From the NCBI RefSeq assembly GCF_009914755.1, contig NC_060944.1: 64,000 nucleotides of DNA; one strand, given 5' to 3'. Shown piece after piece: positions 46,676 through 60,748 of this stretch. Source of the stretch: the human T2T-CHM13v2.0 reference genome, Homo sapiens. Both the position numbers and the translations under genes were made by a program. Each line of letters begins with the position of its first letter. The first letter of the stretch is position 1. Under the pieces are notes generated by a model. The model did not search any database. It saw only the letters and a program-made list of their open reading frames with translations, and had not been told where the DNA came from.

Positions 46676-47864
46676 GTGAAATAGCTTCCTTTTGGATTAC
46701 TCCCACAAAGCTCAGACACTTTGAGACATATTCGGGTAATTATCTGCTGATACCAGTAGTAACAGGTTATACTAAGATGTCAGTTCCTAAGATCTGTCAC
46801 ACAGCGAGGTTGTGGTGCGGATAGCATAAGTGTCTCTTGACACTGTAGTTTATATGTAATGGTTGTAATTCAGTTTTAATGATGAGTGAAGCTCAGACTT
46901 AATTTTCTCTCTTATTTTGAAGTGAGTTTTCTGCTTCAAAGGTGTTGTGCAAAAAAAAAAAAATAGACTGTATTGGGGGGGTTGACACAAACCTGAAGTA
47001 CACCTTTTTCTTTCTCGAAGTCTGTAAAAGTTACAGATTTATAAAAACTGAAGGAATTTGGGCTACAGAATTTTCATTGGTGCTTGCTATCCTCTTCCCT
47101 AGTCATTTGTTGCCCAGGGAACAAAAATAGCAATTGTTTGTATGCTGAAGTTTTGTGCTTCAGTTTATTTTGGCCTGGCATGTGAAGTTTGAAGATTTTG
47201 AGGTTCCGAAATATTTTTTTTCTGATTGAGTCAAAATTGGAAGCTTGGGCTAGTTTTCAGGATCTTGTAGAAATTTCAGGATTTCTCTAACGGTTCTGCA
47301 CCTGGAAACAAATATAGGCCTGATGGGGAGTGGGAGAGAGCTCTCGTTCTCCTCCTCGACGATGAGTTTTGTGTGTTCATTGACATTCTCCTTGGCGTTC
47401 CTGTTATGCGGGTGTTTATGACCCTGGGCACCCAAGGAAATTTGCTTGCCAGAGTTTTACTTGTTAGAGGTAGGTGAAAGTACTTTTAAGTCTTGTGTTA
47501 TTTATGTCTTGACAGAATTATGAAATCTGTTTGTCTCAAAGTTCTGTTGGCTCTTACTAGTTGACTTTAGGAATTTGGGGTCCACTGTTAAGTCTCTTTA
47601 GATTCTCGAATTTACCGTGGTCTGAACTTCAACATCGAGGTTGCTATTTCTGTTTTATCATTGACTCAACTTCAAGCCAGGTTATCAGGGTAAGTTATTC
47701 CTCTTTTTCTTCTAAGGCTCTTCATTAAAAATAGTAATATGAATAGGAATTACTTTGTTTGTTTGTTTTTCGTTTGTTTGCCACCACACCCGGCTAATTT
47801 TTTATTTTTAGTAAAGATGGGGTTTTTCCATGCTGGTCAGGCTGGTCTCGAACTCGTGACCTTA

Positions 47865-47957
<93 letters not shown>

Positions 47958-48303
47958 TTATACATGTGAAAAAGGATTTGCGAGACTTTGGGAGTCTGAG
48001 GTGGAATAATCACTTGAGGCTAGGAATTCGAGATGAGCCTGGGCAACATAGACCTGGTCTCTACAACAACAGCAACAAAATGAGCTGGGCATGGTGGTAC
48101 ACACCTGTGGTCCTAGCTACTCAGGAGGCTGAGGATAGCTTAGGCCGAGGAGTTGGAGGCTGCAGTGCCCAATGATTGATTGTACCACTGCACTCCAGCC
48201 TGGGTGATAGAGGGAGACCCTGACTCTAAAAAAATAATGAGGCTGGGCGCTGTGGCTCACGCCTGTAATCCCAGCACTTTGGGACGCCGAGGTGGGTGGA
48301 TCA

Positions 48304-48946
<643 letters not shown>

Positions 48947-49333
48947 TCAAAAACAAAACAAAAGAAAAAACCAGTCCTCTTAATGTTTAAAAAAAGTTGC
49001 TGTAACACTGTACTGGAGAATTTGTGAGAGCGTACACTGGACTGAGAGAAACTTGACTAGGAGGGAACGTAGGACAGTTGATTAGAACACCTGAACACTT
49101 CTCTTTGGGCAGGTGAATTTGGAGTGCTTGCAATGGCAATTGTATGCACTTCCATGGGAACGCTTTCAGATTGCTCCTGACCCCACTCAGATTGGTGACT
49201 AGAGTGTTACTGGGAATCCTTTTAAAAATTGTTTTTGTAGGCTGTGCGCGGTGGCTCACGCCTGTAATCCCAGCACTTTGGGAGGCCGAGGCGGGCGGAT
49301 CACGAGGTCAGGAGATCGAGACCATCCTGGCTA

Positions 49334-49522
<189 letters not shown>

Positions 49523-51078
49523 TCAAAAACAAACAAACAAAACAACAACAACAAAAAAACCTTTCGTAGAGGAAAGAAGATTCTTAAGAATTTCAGTATA
49601 GTGTACCCCAGGAGATTGATTTTTGCAGATGTTAATTATGCTGTTGAAAAATAGTCTTTCTTTCACACATTTTGTAGTATTGTCTTTTCTAGGTGTAAGA
49701 AGTAGACCTTATGTGGTTGAGTGGATATAAATCCTCCAACTTGTTATAAACAGTTTGTTTGGGAGAAATAGCCAAGGGGATTTCCCTTTAAATCGAGGAC
49801 GCTAAATGGATTCTCCCTGGCTTCGAGAAACTCTTTGTTGTATGCTTTATCTTTTACTTTGATTCATGACTGACCAGTTCTTACATCAAACATTTTTTTC
49901 CCCTTTGAAGTAAGAGAAGAGATACTTAAAAAAAAAAATGTAGTCTAGAAAGAGACTAGGAATAGAACACTGCTGACTTGTTCTTATACCAAGAGCTGGA
50001 GGCATAAACAGTTTTAATAAAAAAGAATACTTTGTATCTTTTGATGTAACTTCCCTTTAGAGATTCTGTTTCCCCTGTCTTAAATTCTCAGGCTATTTCT
50101 GATTGCTGTTTAAATAATTGGTAGTTACTATTTGAGTCATGCTTCTTAAAAAAAAAAAGATATAAAAATTCGCCAGCTCAGCTTTCATTTAATTAGTATC
50201 AAAGAAATGATATCTGTGGCAGTGAACATTAGTAGCTTGTTCCAGGGTTTATTGTAGGTTTGTTCAAGTCAGTACTGCCCATCTTGGCACTTAGGTTCTT
50301 GGAATACAGAGGTGGATAAGGTTTGCCCCTCAGGGCTTATGGTCTTCTGGGGATGAAGAAGGTCCAGACGCAGGAACAGAATTTTACTACAGTCATGATA
50401 CGTGTTATCATAGTTGTATAAATCATAAACAGATATCCCAGTTGCTGCCTCTTGTCTAGTCATAGTTTCTCCTTTCACTCTCAACTGTCCTGGTTTGGAA
50501 GATAATTGTATGTGTTATGAAACAATGGGAACATTGAAAAGAGACATTTACCTCTGCCTGGCAGAGATCAGGGAAGGCTTCCTGGAGGAAGGTGCTTTCT
50601 GAGCTGAATCTTGAAGGGTAACTAGGAGTTAGGCCAATCACAGAGGGCATAAGCAGGAGCTGGTGACAACACATAGCAGGAGAGAAAGAGTCAGAGTGGG
50701 TGAGAGGGAGTGTGTGTATTTGCAACGTGTGGGAATTAGGTATATCTACAAATTATTGGAACATAAAGTTTGTAGAGTGTCACTGTGGATGGGTAGAGAG
50801 GCAGAGACCAGATTGTGAGGGTTCCATATGCCAGGCCAGTGAGCACCTACTCTGTGCCAGACATTGTAGGCATTACTTACATTGTCTCTAATCTGTCCAA
50901 CAACTCGAGAGGAAGACATCAGTATCCTTCAAAAGAGAACCTAGGTTCAGGTTGGGTTGTAATTGCCCCAGTTTAGAATGTAAAAATTTGAATCTAACTC
51001 TAGATCCTGTTCTTTACCGGTGGGCCAGTGGACTTTGGAAGCTTCAGCTTTTGCAGTATGTGATTAAGGAGCTGTTGA

Positions 51079-51285
<207 letters not shown>

Positions 51286-52298
51286 TAGAGACAGGGTTTC
51301 ACCATGTCGCCCAGGCTGGTTTTGAACTCCTAGGCTCAAGCAATCTGCCCACCTTGGCCTCCCAAAGTGCTGGGATTACAGGTGTGACCCACTTTACCCA
51401 GCCATATATATTTTTTAAATTCTTTAAAGAGATGAGGTTTCACTGTGTTACCCAGGCTGGAGTGCAGTGGCTATACACAGGCACGATCATAGTGCACTAG
51501 AGCCTGGAGCTCCTGAGCGCAGCAAGTGACCCTCCTGCCTCAGTCTCAGCTGAGACTATAGGTGTGCACCACCGTGCCTGGCCTGTTGAAGGATTTTAGA
51601 GCTGAAAGTGATGAGGGCAGGTTTGCTTTGCTGGGTTGACCTCAGTCTATAACATGTAAGTTCTACCAGAGCAGGGATTTGGTCTTGTTTACTGTGAATC
51701 CCTAGAATTGTGTCTGGCACAAGGTACGTGTTCCATGTGTTTGTTGAATGAAGGATGACAACAGAGTCAGAATGGATTTGAGGAAAGCAGGACTGGATGG
51801 AGGGATAAATATTAAGAGGCTGTTGTGTTGGGTCAGGTAAGAGACTGGTTTTGGGACTTGGCGGACAGATGAGCGAGAAAGATGACACCTGCGTTTCTGA
51901 ATTAGGTGATTATACAGGCTGTCAATCAAGGTAGGGAATACAGGAAGAAGAGTGGGTCTGGAGAAGAGGTGAATTAGAGTTGCCAATTAGATGAATTAAG
52001 AGTAGAGCTGAATTAGAGTAGATAATGAAGGGGTATAGTCAGTACACAACTGAATATTTGAATCTGAAATTTGGGGGAGAAGTCAGAGCTAGAGGTAGAG
52101 ATTAGGTAGTTATCAGAATTTAGGTAGTAGCTGAAACTGAGATGATAATGTTACCCATGGAGAATGGAAAATCTGAAAAGAGAAGCAAAGAATAGGACCA
52201 TGGGAAATAGGGGTTTTATTTTAGTACCTTCTCCAAACCTTGACCTTGGTGCTGAGGTCTTATGTTCTTCCATAGAGAGTACCTTCCGCAGCAGACCT

Positions 52299-52341
52299 AT
52301 CAGACGAGATCGGGCACATTCAGGGTGGTATGGCTGTAGAC
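52299..52341 (-). pseudogene. 5S rRNA 5' fragment (nt 1-43), tailless retrocopy
   Basis: Reverse complement GTCTACAGCCATACCACCCTGAATGTGCCCGATCTCGTCTGAT differs from human 5S at three CpG transitions. Confidence 0.93.
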
Positions 52342-53269
52342 AGCAGCATCGTATCAGACTTCTTTATGTTTTGCTTGTGACAGCAGTACTTGGCTATGGC
52401 AGTTAAATGGACTGTAAGATGTTAGCTTGATTTGGAGTACCCTGAGTAGCTGCACAGGTAGACAAAGTACAAAGATATTGACAGCTTTTTTCTTCCTTTA
52501 GAAGAATAACATATCTAAAACAACTCTTAAAGCAAGAGAGCTGCAGTTGCACACTAAGAAAATACTGCAATACTGCCATGACTTGGTTATAGGTGATGCT
52601 AACATAAATGGGATATTCTGTTTCTCATTGCACCAGTCATGCAGAATCATAGCATCATGTGCCAGATGGCAGAACGTACTGTGGCAGTTAACACCACAAA
52701 TTAACAACACAGTGGCAGAAAGCACCGTTTAAAAATATGGGTACTTGGCCAGGCGTGGTGGCTCACTTCTATAATCCCAGCACTTTAGGAGGCTGAGGCG
52801 GGCAGATCACCTGAGGTCAGGAGTTCGAGACTAGCTCTAGTCTCTACTAAAATACAAAAATTAGTGTGTGTGTGTATATATATATACTAATCAAACTTCC
52901 TTGGGAAAGAAAATGTGAATGCATTTCTGTGTCATACATTTCTTGTGCAGCACTATATATTCTGTGGTTTAGCAGTATTAACAGCATCAAGCTGAACAGT
53001 AACCAGTGTTGCTAAGGTCTCGCATACTATACCATGTATGCTGAGAAGATATGCATCCTTAGAATTGAGAATTAGAACATTTCAGTTAATTGCAGTAACT
53101 TTTCAGTAACTAGATATATGTGTAATTTGATTTCTGAAGTAATTTTAACTGTGGAAAAACTAAGTTGTCACCAGCGGTACCTCATAGCATAACTTTAGCC
53201 CATGATATATGGATGGATGGATATAAATGGAAATTGCACACTGAAATTAGGACGTTTATATTTCTTCAG

Positions 53270-53352
53270 GTATTAGAAAACTACTCGGATGCTCCAATGA
53301 CACCAAAACAGATTCTGCAGGTCATAGAGGCAGAAGGACTAAAGGAAATGAG
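53270..53352 (+). CDS. ASXL1: ASXL1 exon 2
   Basis: tttcttcag|GTA...AG|gtttgt, 83 nt, phase 0/2. Encodes [27 protein letters not shown]. Confidence 0.97.
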
Positions 53353-54048
53353 GTTTGTATTGTTCTTGTTGCTTAACGTGAGGGTTTCATAGGATATGTG
53401 TCTTTCTGTAGTTGTAGTGATATGAGTAAGTACACCTGTGTATGTATTTGTGCTTCTGTGTCTGGTAGTGAGATGGAACTATCCATTTCCCAAATTGTGT
53501 GTCGTCTCAGTGGAGGGTGGCAGTGGGTGAACATCCATTTGTTTTCATTTAGAGGTGCAGTGGCTTTCCCCATCTCCTTGTTCTTCCTTAAATCTTGGCA
53601 TAGAGCTTGTTTTTTGTGTAAGGAGTCAGGGCACATTTTCTCTTGTGCTGTTTTGGAAGTTTCAGACCTGATAGCCTCTATTGTGCCTAACGCTACCCTT
53701 TTCTCTATGCCGTATCACTGAAGTTCTTTCTTTTAGAATAAAAGAACAGTGGTCTCATCAACATAAAAAACCACTGACTTTTTTCCCCTTACTAATTGCA
53801 GTCATATATGATGTGAATTTACTAAATTTTGAGGTGACCTTTATTTTCCAAATTTATGGTGTAGTTTTCCTGGAGAAGTAACAAGTTAGAAACATAGAAT
53901 TTGCAGGCTTGAAAGCCAGGACTATCTTTCATCTTTCTTTTTCCTCATCCTAACTTCAAACTTAAAAAAAAAAAAAAAAAAAGCTGGGGGTAGTGGCCCA
54001 TGCCTGTAATCCCAGCACTTTGGGAGGCCAAGGCAGGCAGATCACTTA

Positions 54049-54300
<252 letters not shown>

Positions 54301-54612
54301 TTAAATGAGGAAAGAGGAGAGCACTACACAGTCCTTGCCTGGGACTCAGAGCAAACTTCATGTTTTTGCTAGTCAAACTTAGCTGCTTTAATTGACCTTT
54401 TAGGGTCAAAAGGCCTTCACTTTCCAGTTGTCAGTTCAAACGTTCTCAAGTTGATGTTTTGTGGGGAGGGAAGATTGAGATTGTCTACATCACATTTATT
54501 TGACTTGTACTTATCCACTGTGTAGTGTTATAATTGTGCTTTATTTTTGTTTTTATGGGCTATTTCCCATCATGCTGCTGTCTGCACTGCTGTTGGACCA
54601 CTTTGCCTATAG

Positions 54613-54615
54613 AAG
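54613..54615 (+). CDS. ASXL1: ASXL1 exon 3, 3-nt microexon (AAG)
   Basis: ctttgcctatag|AAG|gtaaat. Needed to give the known EMRSGTS; direct exon 2-4 joining gives EMSGTS. Confidence 0.9.
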
Positions 54616-55900
54616 GTAAATGAGTCCCTTTGGGACATATGGAATTGAGAACCTTAACTTGTTTCTGCTTCTTGTTCTTAGAGGAATTATGAAGCAGTCA
54701 TGATGGCTCATGATGAGTGAGCAGCTCTGTAATTTGTAGACAGAGGTATAATATGTAGGAGTCACAGAAGAGCTGTGCCAGCATGCTGTTCCCCTTGTAG
54801 CAGAGATGCTAGCACACCCACTTGATACTCCAGATTTTGCATAGGGTTTCTTTTAGAGATTGGTTCTTGGTGAAAAATTTTTTAGCATCCAGTGTGTTCC
54901 AAGGCAAAATAAGTAATAGTTTTTTAATGGTTTTTTTAGACTCAGAATTTATTTTTAACACTGCATAAATTAGGGCTTCTAGTTCTGAAAAATGCAAAGA
55001 GGCTTACTTAAGCTATTTATATATTTTTTAACATGCTGGGGAGAGGGAAGAGAGGGTGCACAGGTGACTCCTAGCACTAATATGTTAGTGCCAAACTCAG
55101 TTAATATTAATAATGGTCATTTGTTGATATTTTTGGTAGCTTTTCTATTTAAAGATTCAGTAAGTAGCATCCTTTGCACTGAATTGTCACGTTTTGTAAC
55201 CTGCTGTTGTGGCAGGGACCATGAAACAACTTAGTATGCCATTGTTTCAGTTTATTTTTTAAGCATTACTGGGAACTAAATCCACTTGACTTACTTTTTG
55301 CATTTAGGTTTAAATAATTGTTCCTGGGTAGATACAGAATAAAACTCAATCTCCCCACTTCCAGCAGAGAAAAAACAAATGAAATACTGTTCTTTTTGTG
55401 TACTTACTAGAAAATGTTTAACTGGAAAAAAAGTTCTGCTTGTTTTATTGGCACAGCACCATTGATTCTGTGATTCTTTGTCATAGTATTCTGTGGCAGT
55501 TTCTGAGTATGATATGTAGATTGAAATATAGAGGCTAGGAAACTTTTAATAGTAAAATTTTACTAAAAATTTATTAACTTATTAAAATATAACTTGAAAA
55601 AATTGTGAGGTTTTTCTAAATTTCTTGGAAATTTGATTTATATTGTCAAAAAGCACTGAAGAAGTGTTAGTTATGGATTTCGGGTATCACATAATGTTTA
55701 TTCCAGAGTTTTCTGAGTGTGATTTATGTGAATTTCATTTGGTTATTCTTTTACTATTTTCACAGTGAAATTGTCATGAGATTTTTTCTTCTGTATTTCT
55801 TGCTTAGCTTCTTCTCATTTAAGAATGAGTTGGAGGGATTAGGTCTTTAAGTAGGCAGATGGATTGTATAACCCTCATCCATTCTTTTGTGGTTTTACAG

Positions 55901-56009
55901 TGGGACTTCCCCTCTCGCATGCCTCAATGCTATGCTACATTCCAATTCAAGAGGAGGAGAGGGGTTGTTTTATAAACTGCCTGGCCGAATCAGCCTTTTC
56001 ACGCTCAAG
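55901..56009 (+). CDS. ASXL1: ASXL1 exon 4
   Basis: ttttacag|T GGG...AAG|gtaagt, 109 nt, phase 2/0. Encodes (S)[36 protein letters not shown]. The next main exon lies beyond the window. Confidence 0.97.
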
Positions 56010-56511
56010 GTAAGTGATATGAACTCTCTTTTGGTGCAGTGATTCTTGGACTTTTAATGTGCATAAAAATCACCTGGTAGGTCTGGAATAGGGGCCATGA
56101 ATTTGCATTTCTCATATGCAGTCAGGTGACACTGATGTTTTTCTTTTTTTTAGACATAGTCTCGCTGTGTCACCCAGGCTGGAGTGCAATGGGGCGAGAT
56201 CTCGGCTCACTGCAATCTCTGCCTCCCATGTTCAAGTGATTCTCCCACCTCAACCTCCCAAGTAGCTGGGACTACAGGCACATGCCACCATGCTCGGCTA
56301 ATTTTTTTATTTTTTTTAATAGAGACGGGGTTTCACCATGTTGGCCAGGCTGGTCTCGAAATCCTGACCTCAGGTGATCCACCTACCTCGGCCTCCCAAA
56401 GTGCTGGGATTACAGGCATGAGCCACCGCACCTGGCCAGATGCTGTTGGTTCTAAATGGCACTTTGAGGTGTTCTAATATGAATCAGATATTAGAAATTA
56501 TTTAGTCATAG

Positions 56512-56742
<231 letters not shown>

Positions 56743-57156
56743 TGAGTAGCTAAGAGTGCACTACCATGCCCAGGTAATTTTTGTATTTTTAGTAGAGACG
56801 GGGTTTCACCATGTTGGCCAGGCTCGTCTTGAACTCCTGACCTTGTGATCCGTCCGCCTTAGCCTCCCAAAGTGCTGGGATTACAGGTGTGAGCCACTGC
56901 ACCTGGCCACAGATGTGCCTTAATTAGGATTTTGTTGTAGTAATGATGTGAAGGATAAATTACTGGTCAGCTAATGTAAGACCTACTCTATGGAAAATAA
57001 CTGAAATGTGAACATATTTGTGGAAATTAAGTGACAGTAATTATAAAGTAAGAGTACTTAAATCAGGTAGAGTTCATAATAAAGCTTAAATAGGGCCGAA
57101 ATGAACAGGCTAATTATTTTTCCACCATTTGTGATATATATGGTAATCATTTAGAC

Positions 57157-57397
57157 CGGGGGTCTGCAAAGTTTTTCTGTAAAGGACCAGAAAATCAATG
57201 TTTTTTTGTTTTGTGGATCATACTGTCTTTGTCTTAACCACTCAGGTCTGCCATTGTAGTAGGAAAGCAGCCATACCCAAATGAATGGGCATGGCTGTGT
57301 TCCAAAAAAAAAAAAAATTTATTTACAAATGTTTGTTTTACTTACGAAAACAGGCTGCAGGCCAGATTTGATTTGGGGCTGTACTTTGTCGACCCCT
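57157..57397. mobile_element. MER58A-like hAT element
   Basis: ggggtctgcaaa..tttctgtaaagg.ccag...tttgtcgacccctg termini. Confidence 0.8.
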
Positions 57398-59054
57398 GAT
57401 TTAGACATAAGATGACTTGTCGACATTGGAGAAACTGAAAATTTGATGCTGACCCTTTCGTTCTTCCATAGTGGGTTATAAATTTTAGCAGTCAGTACAA
57501 ACTTTTTCCTTTAAGTTTTGTTTTCTTGATGGACTGTATTCAAAATAAATACCTGAACAAATACCAACTATATAACATGAAGCCATAAAACTTGGTCTTT
57601 ATATATAAATAAAGTTTATCTTGGGGTCAGATGTCTGTGCTGTTTTCTATATTTTTTTATATCCAATAGTTTGGTCTTTTTCCTTTCAGTTTTGTATGCT
57701 TTTCTTGTAATCGAGCCTTGGAAGAGACAGAGCCACTGAGCCCAAAACCTAGCTTTGTGGTCGGCTGTGGTGGCTCATGCCTGTAATCCCAGCACTTTGG
57801 GAGGCTAAGGCGGGAGGATTGCTTAAACTCAGGAGTATGAGACCTTGTCTCTATTAAAAAAAAAAAAAAAAAAAAAAAAGCCTTGCGTGGTGGTGTGTGT
57901 GCTTATAGTCTTAGCTACTCAGGAGGCTGAAGCAGGAGGGTAGCTTGGAGATGGAGGCTGCAGTGAGCTGTGATCACACCACTGCTCTCCAGCCTGGGCC
58001 ACATAGCAAGACCCTGTCTCAAAACAAAAACTTAGCTTTGTAACCTGGGAGGGATTTAACCCTTCTTTTTGGTGGAATATGCATCCCTGGCATTGAGTCA
58101 GTCCTTAATAAATGATAGCCTTTATGATGATCTGAGGTTTATCATTCTTAATTGCCTGTTAATGGCATTTTTCTATTAATATTATCTATTTTTTGAGATA
58201 GGGTCTTGTTCTGTCACCTGGGCTGGAGTGCAGTATCATAGTCACAGCTCACTGCAGCCTTGACCTACTAGGCTCAAGTGATCCTCCCACCTCAGCCTTC
58301 TGAGTAGCTAGGACTTCAGGCGCATACCACTATGCCTGGCTAATTTTTTGTATTTTTTGTGGAGAAGGAGTTTTGCCATGTTGCCCAGGCTGGTCTCGAG
58401 CTCCTGGGGTCAAGCGATCCACTGGCTTTGGCCTCCCAAACTGCCAGGATTACAGACGTGGGCCACTGCACCTGGCCTATTATTTTTTAATTTAATATTA
58501 ATTTATATTTTTAGAAACAGGGTCTCACACTGTTGTCCACAGCTGGAGTGCAGTAGTATAATCATAGCTCACCGTAGCCTTGAACTCCTGGGCTCAAGCA
58601 GTAGTCCCACCTCAGCCTCCCGAGTAGCGTACACCATCACCCCAGCTAATTTTTAAATTTTTTCCTAGAGATGAAGTCTTGCTATGTTGGTTAAACTGGT
58701 CTCAAACTCCTGGCCTCAAGTGATCTTCCCACCACAGCTTCACAAAGCACTGGGATGGATTACAGGTGTGAGCAACCATACCTGGCCCTCTATTATCTCA
58801 TATATAGCTTATTGTTACATATGCTGTAATTATATATAGTTATAATTATTTAATACATATATGTTTATTACAAATATGCCTGTTAATGGTATATTCTGTT
58901 TTTAAAAGGAAGGATAATTACTTTTTTCTATGAGTACCTTAAGGGCAGGAACTGAGTTTTATTTGTGTTTGTAATTTGGCTCTGGGCAGAATTCTTGGCA
59001 TAGTACGTGCTTTATGTGTGAACTGAATTATATTTCTTCATCTTAATTTTACAG

Positions 59055-59440
59055 GTGTGAGCCACTGCACCAGGCCCCTTCATCTTAATTTTAATATATC
59101 TTTGAATAAACACCATTGTATGAACCTGCTGTAAGCTTGGGAGTGGTCTGTTAGTCTACAGCTTGTGTCTGAGATGTGCTAATTGAATATTTGCTCAGTA
59201 CCTCATCTTAACTGCCTTTGGCTTTATGTTGCTTATCCTTCATAGTATCTTGTTCATTGGCCTTTTACATCCATAGGCATCACTTCTCTGATATTCGTTG
59301 TGCTCTTTTAATGGATTAATGGTTTGCTTGGTTGGTTCCTCTAGTTAGACTGTAAACTCCTTGAGAGCAGAGTCTGTATTTTATTAATTACCCACAGTAC
59401 TAGGTACATAGTTGCCTTCAATAAATATATATTTAATGAA
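59055..59440 (+). other. ASXL1: Alternative terminal exon of a short ASXL1 isoform (adds V then stop; 84-85 aa product)
   Basis: cttcatcttaattttacag|GTG TGA is in frame with exon 4. AATAAA at 59105-59110 and 59420-59425. Consistent with my recollection of an annotated short isoform. Confidence 0.7.
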
Positions 59441-59445
59441 CGAAT
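59340..59445 (+). mobile_element. L2 3' end supplying an AATAAA
   Basis: tagactgtaaactccttgag.gcag...acatag....ctcaataaat-like...aatgaa, typical of an L2 terminus. Confidence 0.7.
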
Positions 59446-60157
59446 TTAGTGAATAATGGCTACATTTTTGTACTTCGTTATTATTTATTTATTTTTTTTT
59501 TCTGAGACAGAGTCTTGCTCTGTAACCCACGCTGGAGTGCAGTGGTGTGATCTTGGCTCACTGCAACCTCCACCTCCCAGGCTGAAGTGATTCTCCTGCC
59601 TCAGCCTCCCGAGTAGCTAGGACTACAGGCGTGCACCACCATACCTGGCCAATTTTTGTATTTTTAGTAGAGATGGGATTTTACTATGTTGGCCAGGCTG
59701 GTCTTGAACTCTTGACCTCGTGATCCGTCTGCCTCGGCCTCCCAGAGTGCTGGGATTACAGGTGTGAGCCACCGCGCCCAGCCTTCATTATTCTTTTGAC
59801 ATTTGATGATAAATACTGTTTATGATTTTCTTTTTCTTTTTTTTTTTTTGGTAGAGACAGTCTCGCTTTGTTGCCCAGGCTGGTCTTGAACTTTTGGACT
59901 CAAGCGATCCACCCACCTCAGCCTCCCAAAGTGTTGGGTTTACATGCATGAGCCACCTCGTGTGTCCTTGTTCATAATTTTGATGGGCTGGGCGCAGTGG
60001 CTCACGCCTGTAATCCCAGCACTTTGGGAGGCCGAGGTGGGTGAATCACTTGAGGTCAGGAGTTCAAGACCAGCCTGGCCAACATGGCGAAACCCCGTCT
60101 CTACGAAAAATACAAAAATTAGCCGGGCGTGGGTGTGCACGCCTGTAATCCTAGCTA

Positions 60158-60346
<189 letters not shown>

Positions 60347-60538
60347 TTACCTCTGGGTTTGGTAAATTTTAGCTTGGTTAATTATGTGTGTGCCTTAATT
60401 TTTTTGACCTATTATAAAAGCAATATACATAAATGCAACAGAGAAAATGAAAGTAATCCATAAAATTCTACCTGTGGCCAGCTGCGATGGCTCATGCCTG
60501 TAATCCCAGCACTTTGGGAGGTTGCGGTGGGTGGATCA

Positions 60539-60748
<210 letters not shown>

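Noticed and set aside
52299-52341. Functional 5S rRNA gene
   Set aside because: Only 43 of ~120 nt are present, with no internal promoter or terminator, and CpG decay.
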